Shown here: in pieces, positions 14,515 through 23,066 of the stretch | How positions within the stretch are numbered: position 1 is the first letter of the stretch | Layout of the letters: the number at the start of each line of letters is the position of its first letter | NCBI GenBank assembly: GCA_030167145.1 | Contig: CP126532.1 | Coordinates: 1,470,001-1,502,000, forward strand | Length of the DNA: 32,000 nucleotides | Reading direction: 5' to 3' | From: Ktedonobacterales bacterium | GTDB lineage: Bacteria > Chloroflexota > Ktedonobacteria > Ktedonobacterales > JADMIN01 | Made by a program: the position numbers and the translations under genes | The notes under the pieces: model-generated | Told to the model about the DNA's origin: nothing | The model's database searches: none | Seen by the model: the letters and a program-made list of their open reading frames with translations, nothing else

Positions 14515-14557
14515 ATGCTCTGAGCATAGGCGCTTGCTTGTGCTATGCTGTGAGCAT
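14515..14557. promoter_or_regulatory. Two copies of the inverted repeat ATGCT-N3-AGCAT (candidate operator pair)
   Basis: ATGCTCTGAGCAT at 14515-14527 and ATGCTGTGAGCAT at 14545-14557, 30 nt centre to centre. They lie in the divergent region between the DUF4177-clpP pair and the HTH gene. Confidence 0.35.
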
Positions 14558-14561
14558 ATCT

Positions 14562-14584
14562 GTAGGGGCGTCCGGTGGACGCCC
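14562..14584. repeat. Family A hairpin element in the 5' leader of the ClgR-like gene
   Basis: gtaggggcgtccggtggacgccc is identical to 13354-13376. It lies 6 nt upstream of the SD of the regulator gene. Confidence 0.85.
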
Positions 14585-14603
14585 AGCGGTGGGAGGTGGC
14601 GCG

Positions 14604-14948
14604 ATGACCGATTTGCAGCAGACCATAGGCGCAACGCTCCGTCGTCTGCGCCAGGAACGCCAGTTGACCATCAAAGAACTGGCCGAGCGCGCCATCCTCT
14701 CGGTGGTCTACCTGGGCGAGATTGAGCGTGGCAAGAAATACCCCTCCGCCCTCGTGCTAGAGCGCCTCGCCGCCGCTCTGGACCTCACCCTGCCCGACCT
14801 GCTCGAATCGGTCGCGGACGACCTGCGCGGCGTGCGCCAGCCTGTCATGGCGATTGGCTTCGCGCTGCCCACCCACACCGAGCGCGTGGAGCAGCCACAG
14901 CCGCAAACCAGCACAGGTGGCCGCATCCTCAACCTGCTCGTTGCCTAG
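14604..14948 (+). CDS. XRE-family HTH transcriptional regulator, ClgR-like
   Basis: ATG 14604 is preceded by GGGAGG (14591-14596). 114 aa. IGATLRRLRQERQLTIKELAERAILSVVYLGEIERGKKYPSALVLERLAAALDLTLPDLLESVADDL closely parallels, from my memory of the family, the actinobacterial Clp gene regulator ClgR (..[30 protein letters not shown]..). It is divergent from the DUF4177-clpP pair. Confidence 0.72.
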   Translation: MTDLQQTIGATLRRLRQERQLTIKELAERAILSVVYLGEIERGKKYPSALVLERLAAALDLTLPDLLESVADDLRGVRQPVMAIGFALPTHTERVEQPQPQTSTGGRILNLLVA

Positions 14949-14993
14949 TTCAACTCGTTCGCATGTTTGTTTTTGGAAGGATATGCTTCGCTC

Positions 14994-15722
14994 ATGAGTC
15001 AGCCAACTGAAGAGACCCGGCCCCGCGTCATGGCTATTTTTGCTCACCCCGATGACGCCGAATTCCTCTGCTCCGGCGCCATCGCGCGCTTCGTCGCCAG
15101 TGGCTACCGCGCCCAATACGTGCTCGCCACCAGTGGCGACAAAGGCTCCGACGACCCCAACGCCACTCCCGAACAGCTCATCGCCACCCGCGAAGCTGAA
15201 CAGCTTGCCGCCGCCAAGATTCTCGGCGTCGAAGAGGTGACGTTCCTCCACCATCGCGATGGCGAGGTTGAGGTCTCCATTCCCTTCCGCCGCGAACTGG
15301 CCCACGTCATTCGCCGTGGCCGCCCCGATGTGGTCATCACCTTCGACCCCTGGCAGCGCTACCAGATTCATCCCGACCACCGCGCCGTCGGCCAGACCGC
15401 CCTCGATGCCGTCGCCGCCGCCCGCGACCACATGTATTATCCCGAACAACTCACCGAAGGGCTGCGCGAGCACCGCGTGCATAACGTCTATCTCTTCGCC
15501 ACCGACCAGCCCAACTATTACATAGACATCACCGCTACGATTGATAAGAAAGTCGAGGCGCTGCTCGCCCACACCAGCCAGATTCGCAGCGAGGGGCTGG
15601 CCGAGCGCATCCGTGCCCGCGCCCGCGCCGCTGGCCTGGAGATCGGCGTCGAATACGCCGAAGCCTTCCACTACCTGCCGATGATGCAGCCGCCCGCGCT
15701 GATGCGCCACCCCAATTGGTAG
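14994..15722 (+). CDS. PIG-L/LmbE family N-acetylglucosaminyl deacetylase
   Basis: Motifs VMAIFAHPDDAEFLCSG and HPDHRAVGQTALDAV are the zinc-binding PIG-L signature. Start is at ATG 14994 (MSQPTEE...); a TTG at 14967 is an alternative. Confidence 0.82.
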   Translation: MSQPTEETRPRVMAIFAHPDDAEFLCSGAIARFVASGYRAQYVLATSGDKGSDDPNATPEQLIATREAEQLAAAKILGVEEVTFLHHRDGEVEVSIPFRRELAHVIRRGRPDVVITFDPWQRYQIHPDHRAVGQTALDAVAAARDHMYYPEQLTEGLREHRVHNVYLFATDQPNYYIDITATIDKKVEALLAHTSQIRSEGLAERIRARARAAGLEIGVEYAEAFHYLPMMQPPALMRHPNW

Positions 15723-15743
15723 CCAGGAATGAGAGCAGCGCTG

Positions 15744-17030
15744 ATGCGGGTACTGGTCATTGGTGGCGGCGCGCGTGAGCATGCCCTCTGCTGGGCGCTC
15801 AGCCGCTCGCCCCGGCTCACCGCGCTCTACTGCGCCCCCGGCAACGGCGGCACTGGCGAGATCGCCGAGAATGTCACCCTTGACCCGATGGACTTCGCAG
15901 CCTGCGCTGAGTGGGCCGCGCGCAATGCCATTGACCTGACCATCGTCGGCCCCGACGACCCCCTAGGCGGCGGCATCGCCGATGTCTTCATTGCGCGTGG
16001 GCTGCGCGTCTTCGGGCCAAGCGCGGCGGCGGCGCGCATCGAGAGCAGCAAAGCCTGGGCCAAAGACCTGATGTTGCGCGCGGGCATCCCCACCGCCCAT
16101 GCCGCCCGCTTCACAGACCGCGCGGCGGCAGGCGCGCACCTGGACCACTACGACCAAAGCGGCGGCGCATATCCCGTGGTCATCAAGGCCAGCGGCCTCG
16201 CCGCTGGCAAGGGCGTCGTCATCGCCCCCGATCCCACCGCCGCCCGCACCGCGCTGGACGATCTGATGGTCGCAGGCACGCTGGGCGCGGCGGGCCATGA
16301 GGTGCTGATCGAAGACTACCTCGAAGGGCCAGAACTCTCGCTCTTCGCCCTCACCGATGGTGAGTATGTGGTTCCGCTGGCCCCTGCCTGTGACTACAAG
16401 CGCGCCTACGACGGCGACCACGGCCCCAATACCGGTGGCATGGGCGCCTACTCCCCGCCCGCCTTCGCCACGCCCGACCTGCTGGCCGAGATCGCAGCGC
16501 GCATCCTGCGCCCCACCGTCCGCGCCATGGCCGCAGCGGGCGCACCCTTCCGTGGGCTGCTCTACGCCGGGCTGATGCTCACCCGTGACGGCCCCTACGT
16601 CATCGAATTCAACGCCCGTTTCGGCGACCCCGAAACCCAGGTGGTGCTGCCGCGCCTGCAAAGCGACCTGCTCGACCTCTGCCTCGCCGTCGCCGATGGC
16701 CGCCTTGACTCCGTTGCGCCGCCCACGTGGACGCCTGAAGCCGCCTGCGGTGTTGTGCTGGCCTCAGCGGGCTATCCTGGCCCATTTGAAAAGGGGCTGC
16801 CGATCACCGGCCTCGACACGCTCGATAGCGACATCCGCGTGTTTCACGCGGGCACGCGCCGCCAGCCCGACGGCGCGCTCGTCACCAGCGGCGGGCGCGT
16901 GCTCACGCTCGTCGCCACCGCTCCCACCGTGGCCGCCGCCCGCGCCCGTGTCTACGCCAACATTGACCGTGTCTACTTCTCCGGCGTCCACTACCGCACC
17001 GACATCGCCGCCCGCGAGGTTACTGGCTAG
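15744..17030 (+). CDS. purD: Phosphoribosylamine--glycine ligase PurD
   Basis: MRVLVIGGGAREHALCWALSRSP...LYCAPGNGG, an ATP-grasp core VVIKASGLAAGKGV, EFNARFGDPETQVVLPRL, and C-terminal GGRVLTLVA. The ATG at 15729 is an in-frame alternative start. Confidence 0.92.
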   Translation: MRVLVIGGGAREHALCWALSRSPRLTALYCAPGNGGTGEIAENVTLDPMDFAACAEWAARNAIDLTIVGPDDPLGGGIADVFIARGLRVFGPSAAAARIESSKAWAKDLMLRAGIPTAHAARFTDRAAAGAHLDHYDQSGGAYPVVIKASGLAAGKGVVIAPDPTAARTALDDLMVAGTLGAAGHEVLIEDYLEGPELSLFALTDGEYVVPLAPACDYKRAYDGDHGPNTGGMGAYSPPAFATPDLLAEIAARILRPTVRAMAAAGAPFRGLLYAGLMLTRDGPYVIEFNARFGDPETQVVLPRLQSDLLDLCLAVADGRLDSVAPPTWTPEAACGVVLASAGYPGPFEKGLPITGLDTLDSDIRVFHAGTRRQPDGALVTSGGRVLTLVATAPTVAAARARVYANIDRVYFSGVHYRTDIAAREVTG

Positions 17031-17054
17031 GCGGCGATGTGGTAGACGTGTGGG

Positions 17055-18560
17055 CTATGCAGTAGCTGTGGGAGTAGGAGTGGGCGGCGTCGCTGGCGGC
17101 GCAAAGGCGTCCAGGTGGCCGTTCCAGTCTTCGGCGTAGAGCACACCATCGGCGATGGTGGCCGCGCCCTTGAAGTACGACGTGCTGGCGGTCTCCTGGT
17201 ACGAGTAGATAATCTGGCCCGCGTTGGCCCCCGTCGTGGCGATCACGTCGAGCGTGTTATTCGCGCCGACGACGGCCAACCCTGGCACAGCCATCACCGC
17301 GCCCAGCACCGGCCCACTTGTCAGGCAGGTTCGGAAGACGAACGCGCCGGTCGCGGGATTGAGCGCATTCAGGCTGCCAGGGCAGACCACGCCGTTGATC
17401 GTCGTCTTGCCGCCGCCCGCGTAGATGTACGTGCCATCCCATGCGCTGGAGGAGATAGTGCCGGTGGTGGGGCTGCTGCCGCCATTGGCGACGTGCGCAT
17501 GCCACAGCGGCCCGGTGTTGACGTGGGAGCGGTCCCAGGCGTAGTAGTTGCCGTTCTTATCCGCCATGCCGATAAGGTTGCGCTGCACGCCATTGATCGT
17601 CGCGGTGAAGAGGGTTGGCGTGGTGCCGAAGTCAATGTCGAGCGCCTTCTGCTGCTTGATCTGCCAGGAGCCGATGAAGCTCAGGTCAGCCGAGTTGAGC
17701 GCGATAATGGCTTCGTTGAGATTCTCGAAGGTCGCGCAGGTTCCGGCGTTGGCCGTGCCGAAGTAAAGGATGCCCGTCGCCTCATCCACCGTGATAGACC
17801 CCCACACGCCCGCGCCAGTGCAGCCATCGGGGACGATCTTGAAGTCGCCTTGAATCTGGCCAGTGGCGGTGTCGAGCTTGAAGAGTTGGCCCTGCACCTT
17901 TGGCGGCGGACAATCGCCGAAGCCCGCGATACCGATATAGACACTGCCATTGTAGATGGCCGGTGAATCCCAAATGAACGTATCAGTGGGCGAGCCAAGT
18001 GGCGTCTGCCACAGAACCGCGCCAGTCATCGCGTTCAATTTGTACATCTGGGCATTGCCGCCGCCGACATAGAGCACCGGCGTTGGCGTGCCGTTGATCG
18101 TCTCGGTGACGGCGGTCGCGGTGCTGGTCACGCCCATGGTCTTGTTGGTGCAGGAGCTAACTACTTTGCCCAGGTCTGTCTGCCAGATGACGTTGCCGTT
18201 GGCGTCTGAGGCGTATTCATTGCCGCCGAACGACCCCCAATAGATCAGGCCGTTGGCGACGACTGGCTGTGTAAAGAGTTGGTGATGCTCCGGAAACTGC
18301 CAGATGCGTTGCAGGCTGGGCGCGCTAGTTTGGTTGATGACCGTTTCAGCGCCGTTATAGCCCGTGTGCGCGTTGCCGCCCATGTAGGCGGTCCAGTCAT
18401 CCGTCTGCGCCGTGAAATGCGGCGTATGAGCATGCGTGAACGTCATCTCGGCGCTGGCGGCAATGACCAGCACCAGCACACCAAGCACCGCCAGCAGACC
18501 GCCCCTATGTTTCGCAATAGCAGAGAGACCTGTTCTGATCCCGGCCCAAAACTTCGCCAT
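17055..18560 (-). CDS. Membrane-anchored PQQ-like beta-propeller repeat protein
   Basis: ATG 18560 is preceded by GGAG at a 6-nt spacing. N-terminal anchor GGLLAVLGVLVLVIAASA, then repeated propeller strands (VANGLIYWGS, LYVGGGNAQMYKLNAMTGAVLWQ, SPAIYNGSVYIG, GILYFGT, DGVLYAEDWNGHLDAF) and a Pro/Thr C-terminal tail. Confidence 0.8.
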   Translation of the reverse strand: MAKFWAGIRTGLSAIAKHRGGLLAVLGVLVLVIAASAEMTFTHAHTPHFTAQTDDWTAYMGGNAHTGYNGAETVINQTSAPSLQRIWQFPEHHQLFTQPVVANGLIYWGSFGGNEYASDANGNVIWQTDLGKVVSSCTNKTMGVTSTATAVTETINGTPTPVLYVGGGNAQMYKLNAMTGAVLWQTPLGSPTDTFIWDSPAIYNGSVYIGIAGFGDCPPPKVQGQLFKLDTATGQIQGDFKIVPDGCTGAGVWGSITVDEATGILYFGTANAGTCATFENLNEAIIALNSADLSFIGSWQIKQQKALDIDFGTTPTLFTATINGVQRNLIGMADKNGNYYAWDRSHVNTGPLWHAHVANGGSSPTTGTISSSAWDGTYIYAGGGKTTINGVVCPGSLNALNPATGAFVFRTCLTSGPVLGAVMAVPGLAVVGANNTLDVIATTGANAGQIIYSYQETASTSYFKGAATIADGVLYAEDWNGHLDAFAPPATPPTPTPTATA

Positions 18561-19025
18561 CTGGCGCTCCGTTCTACCCATTCCACCCACACTGAAGCGT
18601 TTGAGAGGCCATTGTGACTGGTAGCGCTACCACGCTACCAAGCGCTCCCATTCTGTACAACGATGAGAGACCCGTTTCAATAACGACATATTCAGCGAGA
18701 CTATGTGGCTGGATCTGTCTGGCCGAAAACTATACCATCGCATCATGGTGTGATGGAAAGTGCATGCCGACTGGCATGAGTGGCTCGCCGGTGTGCGGCA
18801 TATACCGGTAGCCGTTCAATCATAAGTGTATACCAGCAGCCACCTGAAAATCCAACGCTAGCTGCGCCAAATCGAGTGCCCTACGCAGCCATCTTTCCCG
18901 TTTGCGACGACACTATTCTAGCATTGCATTACCATGCGCATGCGCGATTCGTTAGATATGTGTACAGCTTCCCCTCAGCTCTGCTGTGAATCTACCCAAC
19001 TCTGCTCGTGTCTGGAGGTGTGCTC

Positions 19026-20552
19026 ATGCGTCGCCGGTTTCCGCGCATCGCGGTGCTGTGCCTGTTACTCGCCGCGTTGCTGCCCATTGGCCTGTTCGCC
19101 GGAGTGCGCCTGACGCAGGCGGCCAGCCCGAAAATCCACCTTGAGCCGTGCTGCGATCCCACCTCTGGCACACCAGCCTCGAACTTTCGCATCAAAGGCA
19201 CGTACTTTGGGGCAACTGAACAGGTGACGATCACCTTCGATAGCGCCCAGATTGGCATTGCGACCACTGACAGCACCGGCGTGTTTAAGACCAAGCTCAA
19301 AGTGCCCGCTACCGCGCAGCCCGGCAAACACACCGTCACCGCGCACGGTCAGACCAGTGGCCTATCCGCATCCGCCACGTTCCTGGTGCGGACGACCTGG
19401 GAGGGCTTCGGCTATCTCCCCTTCGGAGGGCGTTACAACTCGTTCGAGAACACCATCGCGCCAGGCAATGTCGCGAACTTGACGCTGGATTGGTCGTATG
19501 CCGCGGGCAGCGCCGTTGTTTCATCGCCCGCTGAAGTACACAACGTCATCTATGCCGCGTCACAGAGCGGCACACTCTTCGCGCTGGCCGATGCGACTGG
19601 CGCGTCTGCCTGGAGCTATCCCATCGGCAGCGCTGTCGCCTCGTCTCCCGAAGTCGAAGACCAGGTGATCTACATCGGCGCGGACGACGGCAAGCTCTAC
19701 GCCATTTCCACCGCTGGCGCGTTCCTCTGGTCCGGTGCGACCGGCGGCGCAATTCGCTCCGCGCCCGTTGATGCCGAGGGCCTCTCTGGCAGTGTAGACG
19801 CGATGATTATCGCTGGCTCGAACGATGGCAGCTTGTATGCGTTCAACGCCGACGGCTGTGGCGCGGGCGTCACCTCCTGCTCACCCCTGTGGACCGGCGC
19901 GACCGGCGGCGCGATCAACTCCTCGCCCTCCTACAACCGGGGCGTGGTCTACGTCGGCTCCGATGATGGCAAGCTCTACGCCTTCAACGTCTATGGCTGC
20001 GGCGCGGCAACCTGCGCCCCACTGTGGACCGGCGCGACCGGCGGCGCGATTACATCGTATCCAGCCGTGGTGAATGGGGTCGTGTACGTCAGTTCCAGTG
20101 ATGGCAAGCTCTACGCCTTCAACTCGGCTGGCTGTGGCAGCGCCACCTGCTCACCGCTGTGGGCGGGCGTCACCAGCGGCACGAATCTCTCATCTCCAGC
20201 ATTTGCAAAAGGCGCGGTGTATGTGGGGGCAAGTGATGGCAAGCTCTACGCCTTCAGCGCCGCTGGCTGCGGTGCGGCAACCTGCGCCCCCCTGTGGACC
20301 GGCGCGACCGGCGGAGCCATCGCATCATCGCCCGCCATTGCCAATGGCCTGGTCTACGTTGGCTCAGATGACGGCAAGCTCTACGCCTTCAAGGTCGGTT
20401 GCGCCAGTGGTGGCGCAAGCTGCGCCCCACTGTGGACCGGTGTGACCGGCGGCGCGATCACTTCGTCGCCTGCTGTCGCCAATGGCGTGGTCAATGTCGG
20501 CTCGGATGACGGCAAGCTCTACGCCTTTCACCTGCCCGGCGCCACCCCATAA
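19026..20552 (+). CDS. Secreted IPT/Ig-like domain + 8-bladed PQQ-like beta-propeller protein with Cys-loop repeats
   Basis: ATG 19026 is preceded by GGAGG (19014-19018). Signal peptide MRRRFPRIAVLCLLLAALLPIGLFAGVRLTQA. Ig-like FRIKGTYFGATEQVTITFD...PGKHTVTAHGQTSG. Then repeats of SSPA..NGVVYVGSDDGKLYAF...GCGAATCAPLWTGATGGAI. Confidence 0.85.
   Translation: MRRRFPRIAVLCLLLAALLPIGLFAGVRLTQAASPKIHLEPCCDPTSGTPASNFRIKGTYFGATEQVTITFDSAQIGIATTDSTGVFKTKLKVPATAQPGKHTVTAHGQTSGLSASATFLVRTTWEGFGYLPFGGRYNSFENTIAPGNVANLTLDWSYAAGSAVVSSPAEVHNVIYAASQSGTLFALADATGASAWSYPIGSAVASSPEVEDQVIYIGADDGKLYAISTAGAFLWSGATGGAIRSAPVDAEGLSGSVDAMIIAGSNDGSLYAFNADGCGAGVTSCSPLWTGATGGAINSSPSYNRGVVYVGSDDGKLYAFNVYGCGAATCAPLWTGATGGAITSYPAVVNGVVYVSSSDGKLYAFNSAGCGSATCSPLWAGVTSGTNLSSPAFAKGAVYVGASDGKLYAFSAAGCGAATCAPLWTGATGGAIASSPAIANGLVYVGSDDGKLYAFKVGCASGGASCAPLWTGVTGGAITSSPAVANGVVNVGSDDGKLYAFHLPGATP
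19686..20530 (+). repeat. Intragenic tandem repeats with a period of about 135-141 nt (propeller blades) and long near-identical DNA stretches
   Basis: ga(t/c)ggcaagctctacgcc recurs at 19686, 19965, 20100, 20235, 20370 and 20508, with a degenerate copy at 19824. ctgtggaccggcgcgaccggcgg recurs within the units. Confidence 0.85.
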
Positions 20553-20676
20553 CAGCGCCAAGCGTCTGTACCCTCCTTACTATGCCGCAACAATACCGAT
20601 AGCCAGACTGGACACAAGATGATAGCATAAGGAGCATCGCAGGCCGTGCGGTATACCCGCGTCACGCGGGCAGTGG

Positions 20677-22884
20677 ATGAGAGGGATGAACTGTATGTGG
20701 GGACGGCGCAACGCCTCGACCAATGGCTCCTCCGCGAAGGTCGCGGGAACTCCGAAAGCGCTGAGCGCGCTCGATGATTTACTGCGGCAGGCTGAATGGG
20801 ATCGCTTGAGCGACGCGGACCGCACCGCATTGCTCAGCGCATTCCCACAGCGCGAAGCGCCCACGCTGGTGGATGCGCCGGCAACGCCAGAGCCAGGCGC
20901 CGATGAGCAACTACAAGACTGGGTGGCTGGGCTGGTGGCCGCGCGCATGCAACCAGAGCTTGCCGGTGTGGTGCGTGGCTGGCTGGCCGCCGCGCCGCCC
21001 GACGCACATCTCTTCGTCAGCGGCAGCCAGGGGCAGGGGCGCACCAGCCTGATCGCGTCGCTGGCGCGCGAGGCGATGCGCGCTCGCCCCGCGCAACCCG
21101 ATTACTGTTACGTACCCGATCCCGCCGCGCTGGATCGCCCGACGCTGCTGCTGCTGCCAGCGGGCACAGGCGACGACTTCCTGCGGGCGCTCTCCGATGC
21201 GCTGGGGCAGGTCTGCCAGAGTTGGGATGGCGACAGCGACGACAGCGGCGATGACGATAAGAGCAGTGACGCCAATGCCCAGCAATCCGTGGGCAGCAAC
21301 GGCGCAAGCGCGAGCCAGAGCCAGAATGGAACTGCGGCAGGGGACAAGACTTTCAAGCGGGGCGCGCTGATTGCCGCTTTCCATGGCGCGCTCACCGCTG
21401 TTGCGCCGAAGGAAGCAGCAGCGTATCTCGACCGCTTGCGCGGCGCGCTGGATCAGCACAACGCCAATGACACCACGCCGCCGCTCTGCGGCAACGATAT
21501 GCCCATCGGCAATGTGCGGGTCGCCAGAGATGGCGCTGACGCCGCGAATGGCGCGCCGGTGGTGGTCACATCGCTGGCGCAGACGGGGCTAACCGACGCG
21601 CTGTTGCAGGCGAATGGCGGTGTGCTGATTCTCCCAGCGGCGGACCTGCTGGATTCGAGCACGTGGACGCAATTCGCGGGGGCGCTCAAGTCGGGTACGC
21701 TGGCGTTGAAGTCGGGGTGGCCGCCGCTGCCGCTCTCGGTGCGGGTGGCGCTGATCGGCTCGGCGGACTCATATCGCGCGCTCTACAATAACACCGAAGA
21801 CTTCGTGCGATTGTTCCGCTACGAAGCCTGGGCCAATTGGGATGTTGCCTGGGGCCGTGAGTCTGAGGCGGTGTACGCCGCGCTGGCGGCTGGGGTGAGC
21901 AAACGCTACGGCCTGCCGCCGTTCGATGCCAGCGCCGTCGCGCGCCTGGTGGAGGAAAATGCCCGCCGGGTGGACACGCTGAACCGCAGCCGCTTAGGCA
22001 CGAATCTGCTGCTGCCGCACGACATCGCGCTGGAGGCCGGTCGCGCCGCGCGAACCCGGTCGGCGGCGGCCACCACCGGCGCGGACGTGGACGCCGTGCT
22101 GCAACAGCGGCGTGCGCTGCAAAGCATGAACGCCCAGCGTGTGCGCGAGGCGATCATGACCGGCGCGGAGATTACCCCGACGGATGGCACGGCGCTCGGC
22201 CAGATCAACGGCCTGGGCATCTACGAGGTTCACCCGTGGGAGGGCCGCTTCGCGGTGCCGATGCGCATCAGTGTCACGGTCAGCCCTGGGCGCGATGAGC
22301 AACTATTCGACATCGAGCAGGCCGTCTCCGAGGCGGACGCGAACCATGTACGCGGCGCGCTGACCGTGGAAGGCTATCTGACGCAGCATTATTCGCAGAA
22401 TGGCCCCGTCAACGCTATTGCGCGGGTGCGCTTCGAGCAAGAGCACGGCGCGACTGGCGGCGATAGCGCATCGGCGGCGTTGCTCTTCGCGCTGCTCTCG
22501 GCGCTCGCCGATGCGCCGATTCGCTGCTCATACGCCATCACCGGCGCGGTGGGGCAGTACGGCGAGATTCAGCCCATCGGCGGCGTCAACACCAAGATCG
22601 AGGGCTTCTGGGAGATCTGCCGTCAGCGCCGTGCCCAGGGTGAACGCCCCGAAGGCGGCCACGGCGTATTGATTCCCACCGTCAACGCCCGTGATGTGAT
22701 GCTCCGGCCAGAGGTGGCGATGTCCATCGCCCATGAGGGATGGTTCCATATCTTCCCCATCAGCACGGTGGATGATGGTATTCCGCTGCTCATGGGCCTC
22801 TCGCCGCATGACCTGCACGAGCGCGTGCAGCGGAAACTGAAGCGCCTGCATGCGCTGGCGACGCGCACGCACTCATCGCTCTAG
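20677..22884 (+). CDS. Lon-like protease (AAA_32-type N-terminal domain + Lon_C/S16 peptidase domain, COG1067-like)
   Basis: 735-aa ORF; alternative ATGs at 20686 and 20695. P-loop-like LFVSGSQGQGRTSLIASLA followed by PDYCYVPDPAALDRPTLLLLPAGTGDDF. C-terminal GQINGLGIY..., GATGGDSASAALLFALLSAL (catalytic Ser) and PIGGVNTKIEGFWEIC (catalytic Lys). Confidence 0.8.
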   Translation: MRGMNCMWGRRNASTNGSSAKVAGTPKALSALDDLLRQAEWDRLSDADRTALLSAFPQREAPTLVDAPATPEPGADEQLQDWVAGLVAARMQPELAGVVRGWLAAAPPDAHLFVSGSQGQGRTSLIASLAREAMRARPAQPDYCYVPDPAALDRPTLLLLPAGTGDDFLRALSDALGQVCQSWDGDSDDSGDDDKSSDANAQQSVGSNGASASQSQNGTAAGDKTFKRGALIAAFHGALTAVAPKEAAAYLDRLRGALDQHNANDTTPPLCGNDMPIGNVRVARDGADAANGAPVVVTSLAQTGLTDALLQANGGVLILPAADLLDSSTWTQFAGALKSGTLALKSGWPPLPLSVRVALIGSADSYRALYNNTEDFVRLFRYEAWANWDVAWGRESEAVYAALAAGVSKRYGLPPFDASAVARLVEENARRVDTLNRSRLGTNLLLPHDIALEAGRAARTRSAAATTGADVDAVLQQRRALQSMNAQRVREAIMTGAEITPTDGTALGQINGLGIYEVHPWEGRFAVPMRISVTVSPGRDEQLFDIEQAVSEADANHVRGALTVEGYLTQHYSQNGPVNAIARVRFEQEHGATGGDSASAALLFALLSALADAPIRCSYAITGAVGQYGEIQPIGGVNTKIEGFWEICRQRRAQGERPEGGHGVLIPTVNARDVMLRPEVAMSIAHEGWFHIFPISTVDDGIPLLMGLSPHDLHERVQRKLKRLHALATRTHSSL

Positions 22885-23037
22885 CCTGCACATTCTGCCA
22901 CTCACGCACGCTGCGACACGCCATCACTGGTTCCCGTATCGAGGGACTGGTGGTGGCGTGTTCGTTCATCATTGGCGCACATTCGGGCGCGGGTAATGCG
23001 CCCAGGCGCGCGGGAGGCAAATGCCCATTGACGTGGC

Positions 23038-23066
23038 CCGCTTGCCCATGTACGCTTGTTTTGTGT
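23038..23066 (+). promoter_or_regulatory. Possible promoter for the EXORDIUM-like gene
   Basis: TTGACG (23038-23043), a 17-nt spacer, then TACGCT (23061-23066). Confidence 0.25.

Noticed and set aside
9013-15722. A functional link between the DinB-family protein and the PIG-L deacetylase (low-molecular-weight thiol pathway such as bacillithiol or mycothiol)
   Set aside because: Both families can participate in LMW-thiol metabolism. However, the genes are 5.5 kb apart, on opposite strands and separated by unrelated operons. Nothing in the sequence ties them together.
20677-22884. BrxL-type Lon-like protease marking a BREX system
   Set aside because: No PglX methyltransferase, PglZ, BrxC or BrxA/B genes are nearby. 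The neighbours are propeller and exported proteins. The domain layout fits the generic COG1067 Lon-like family.
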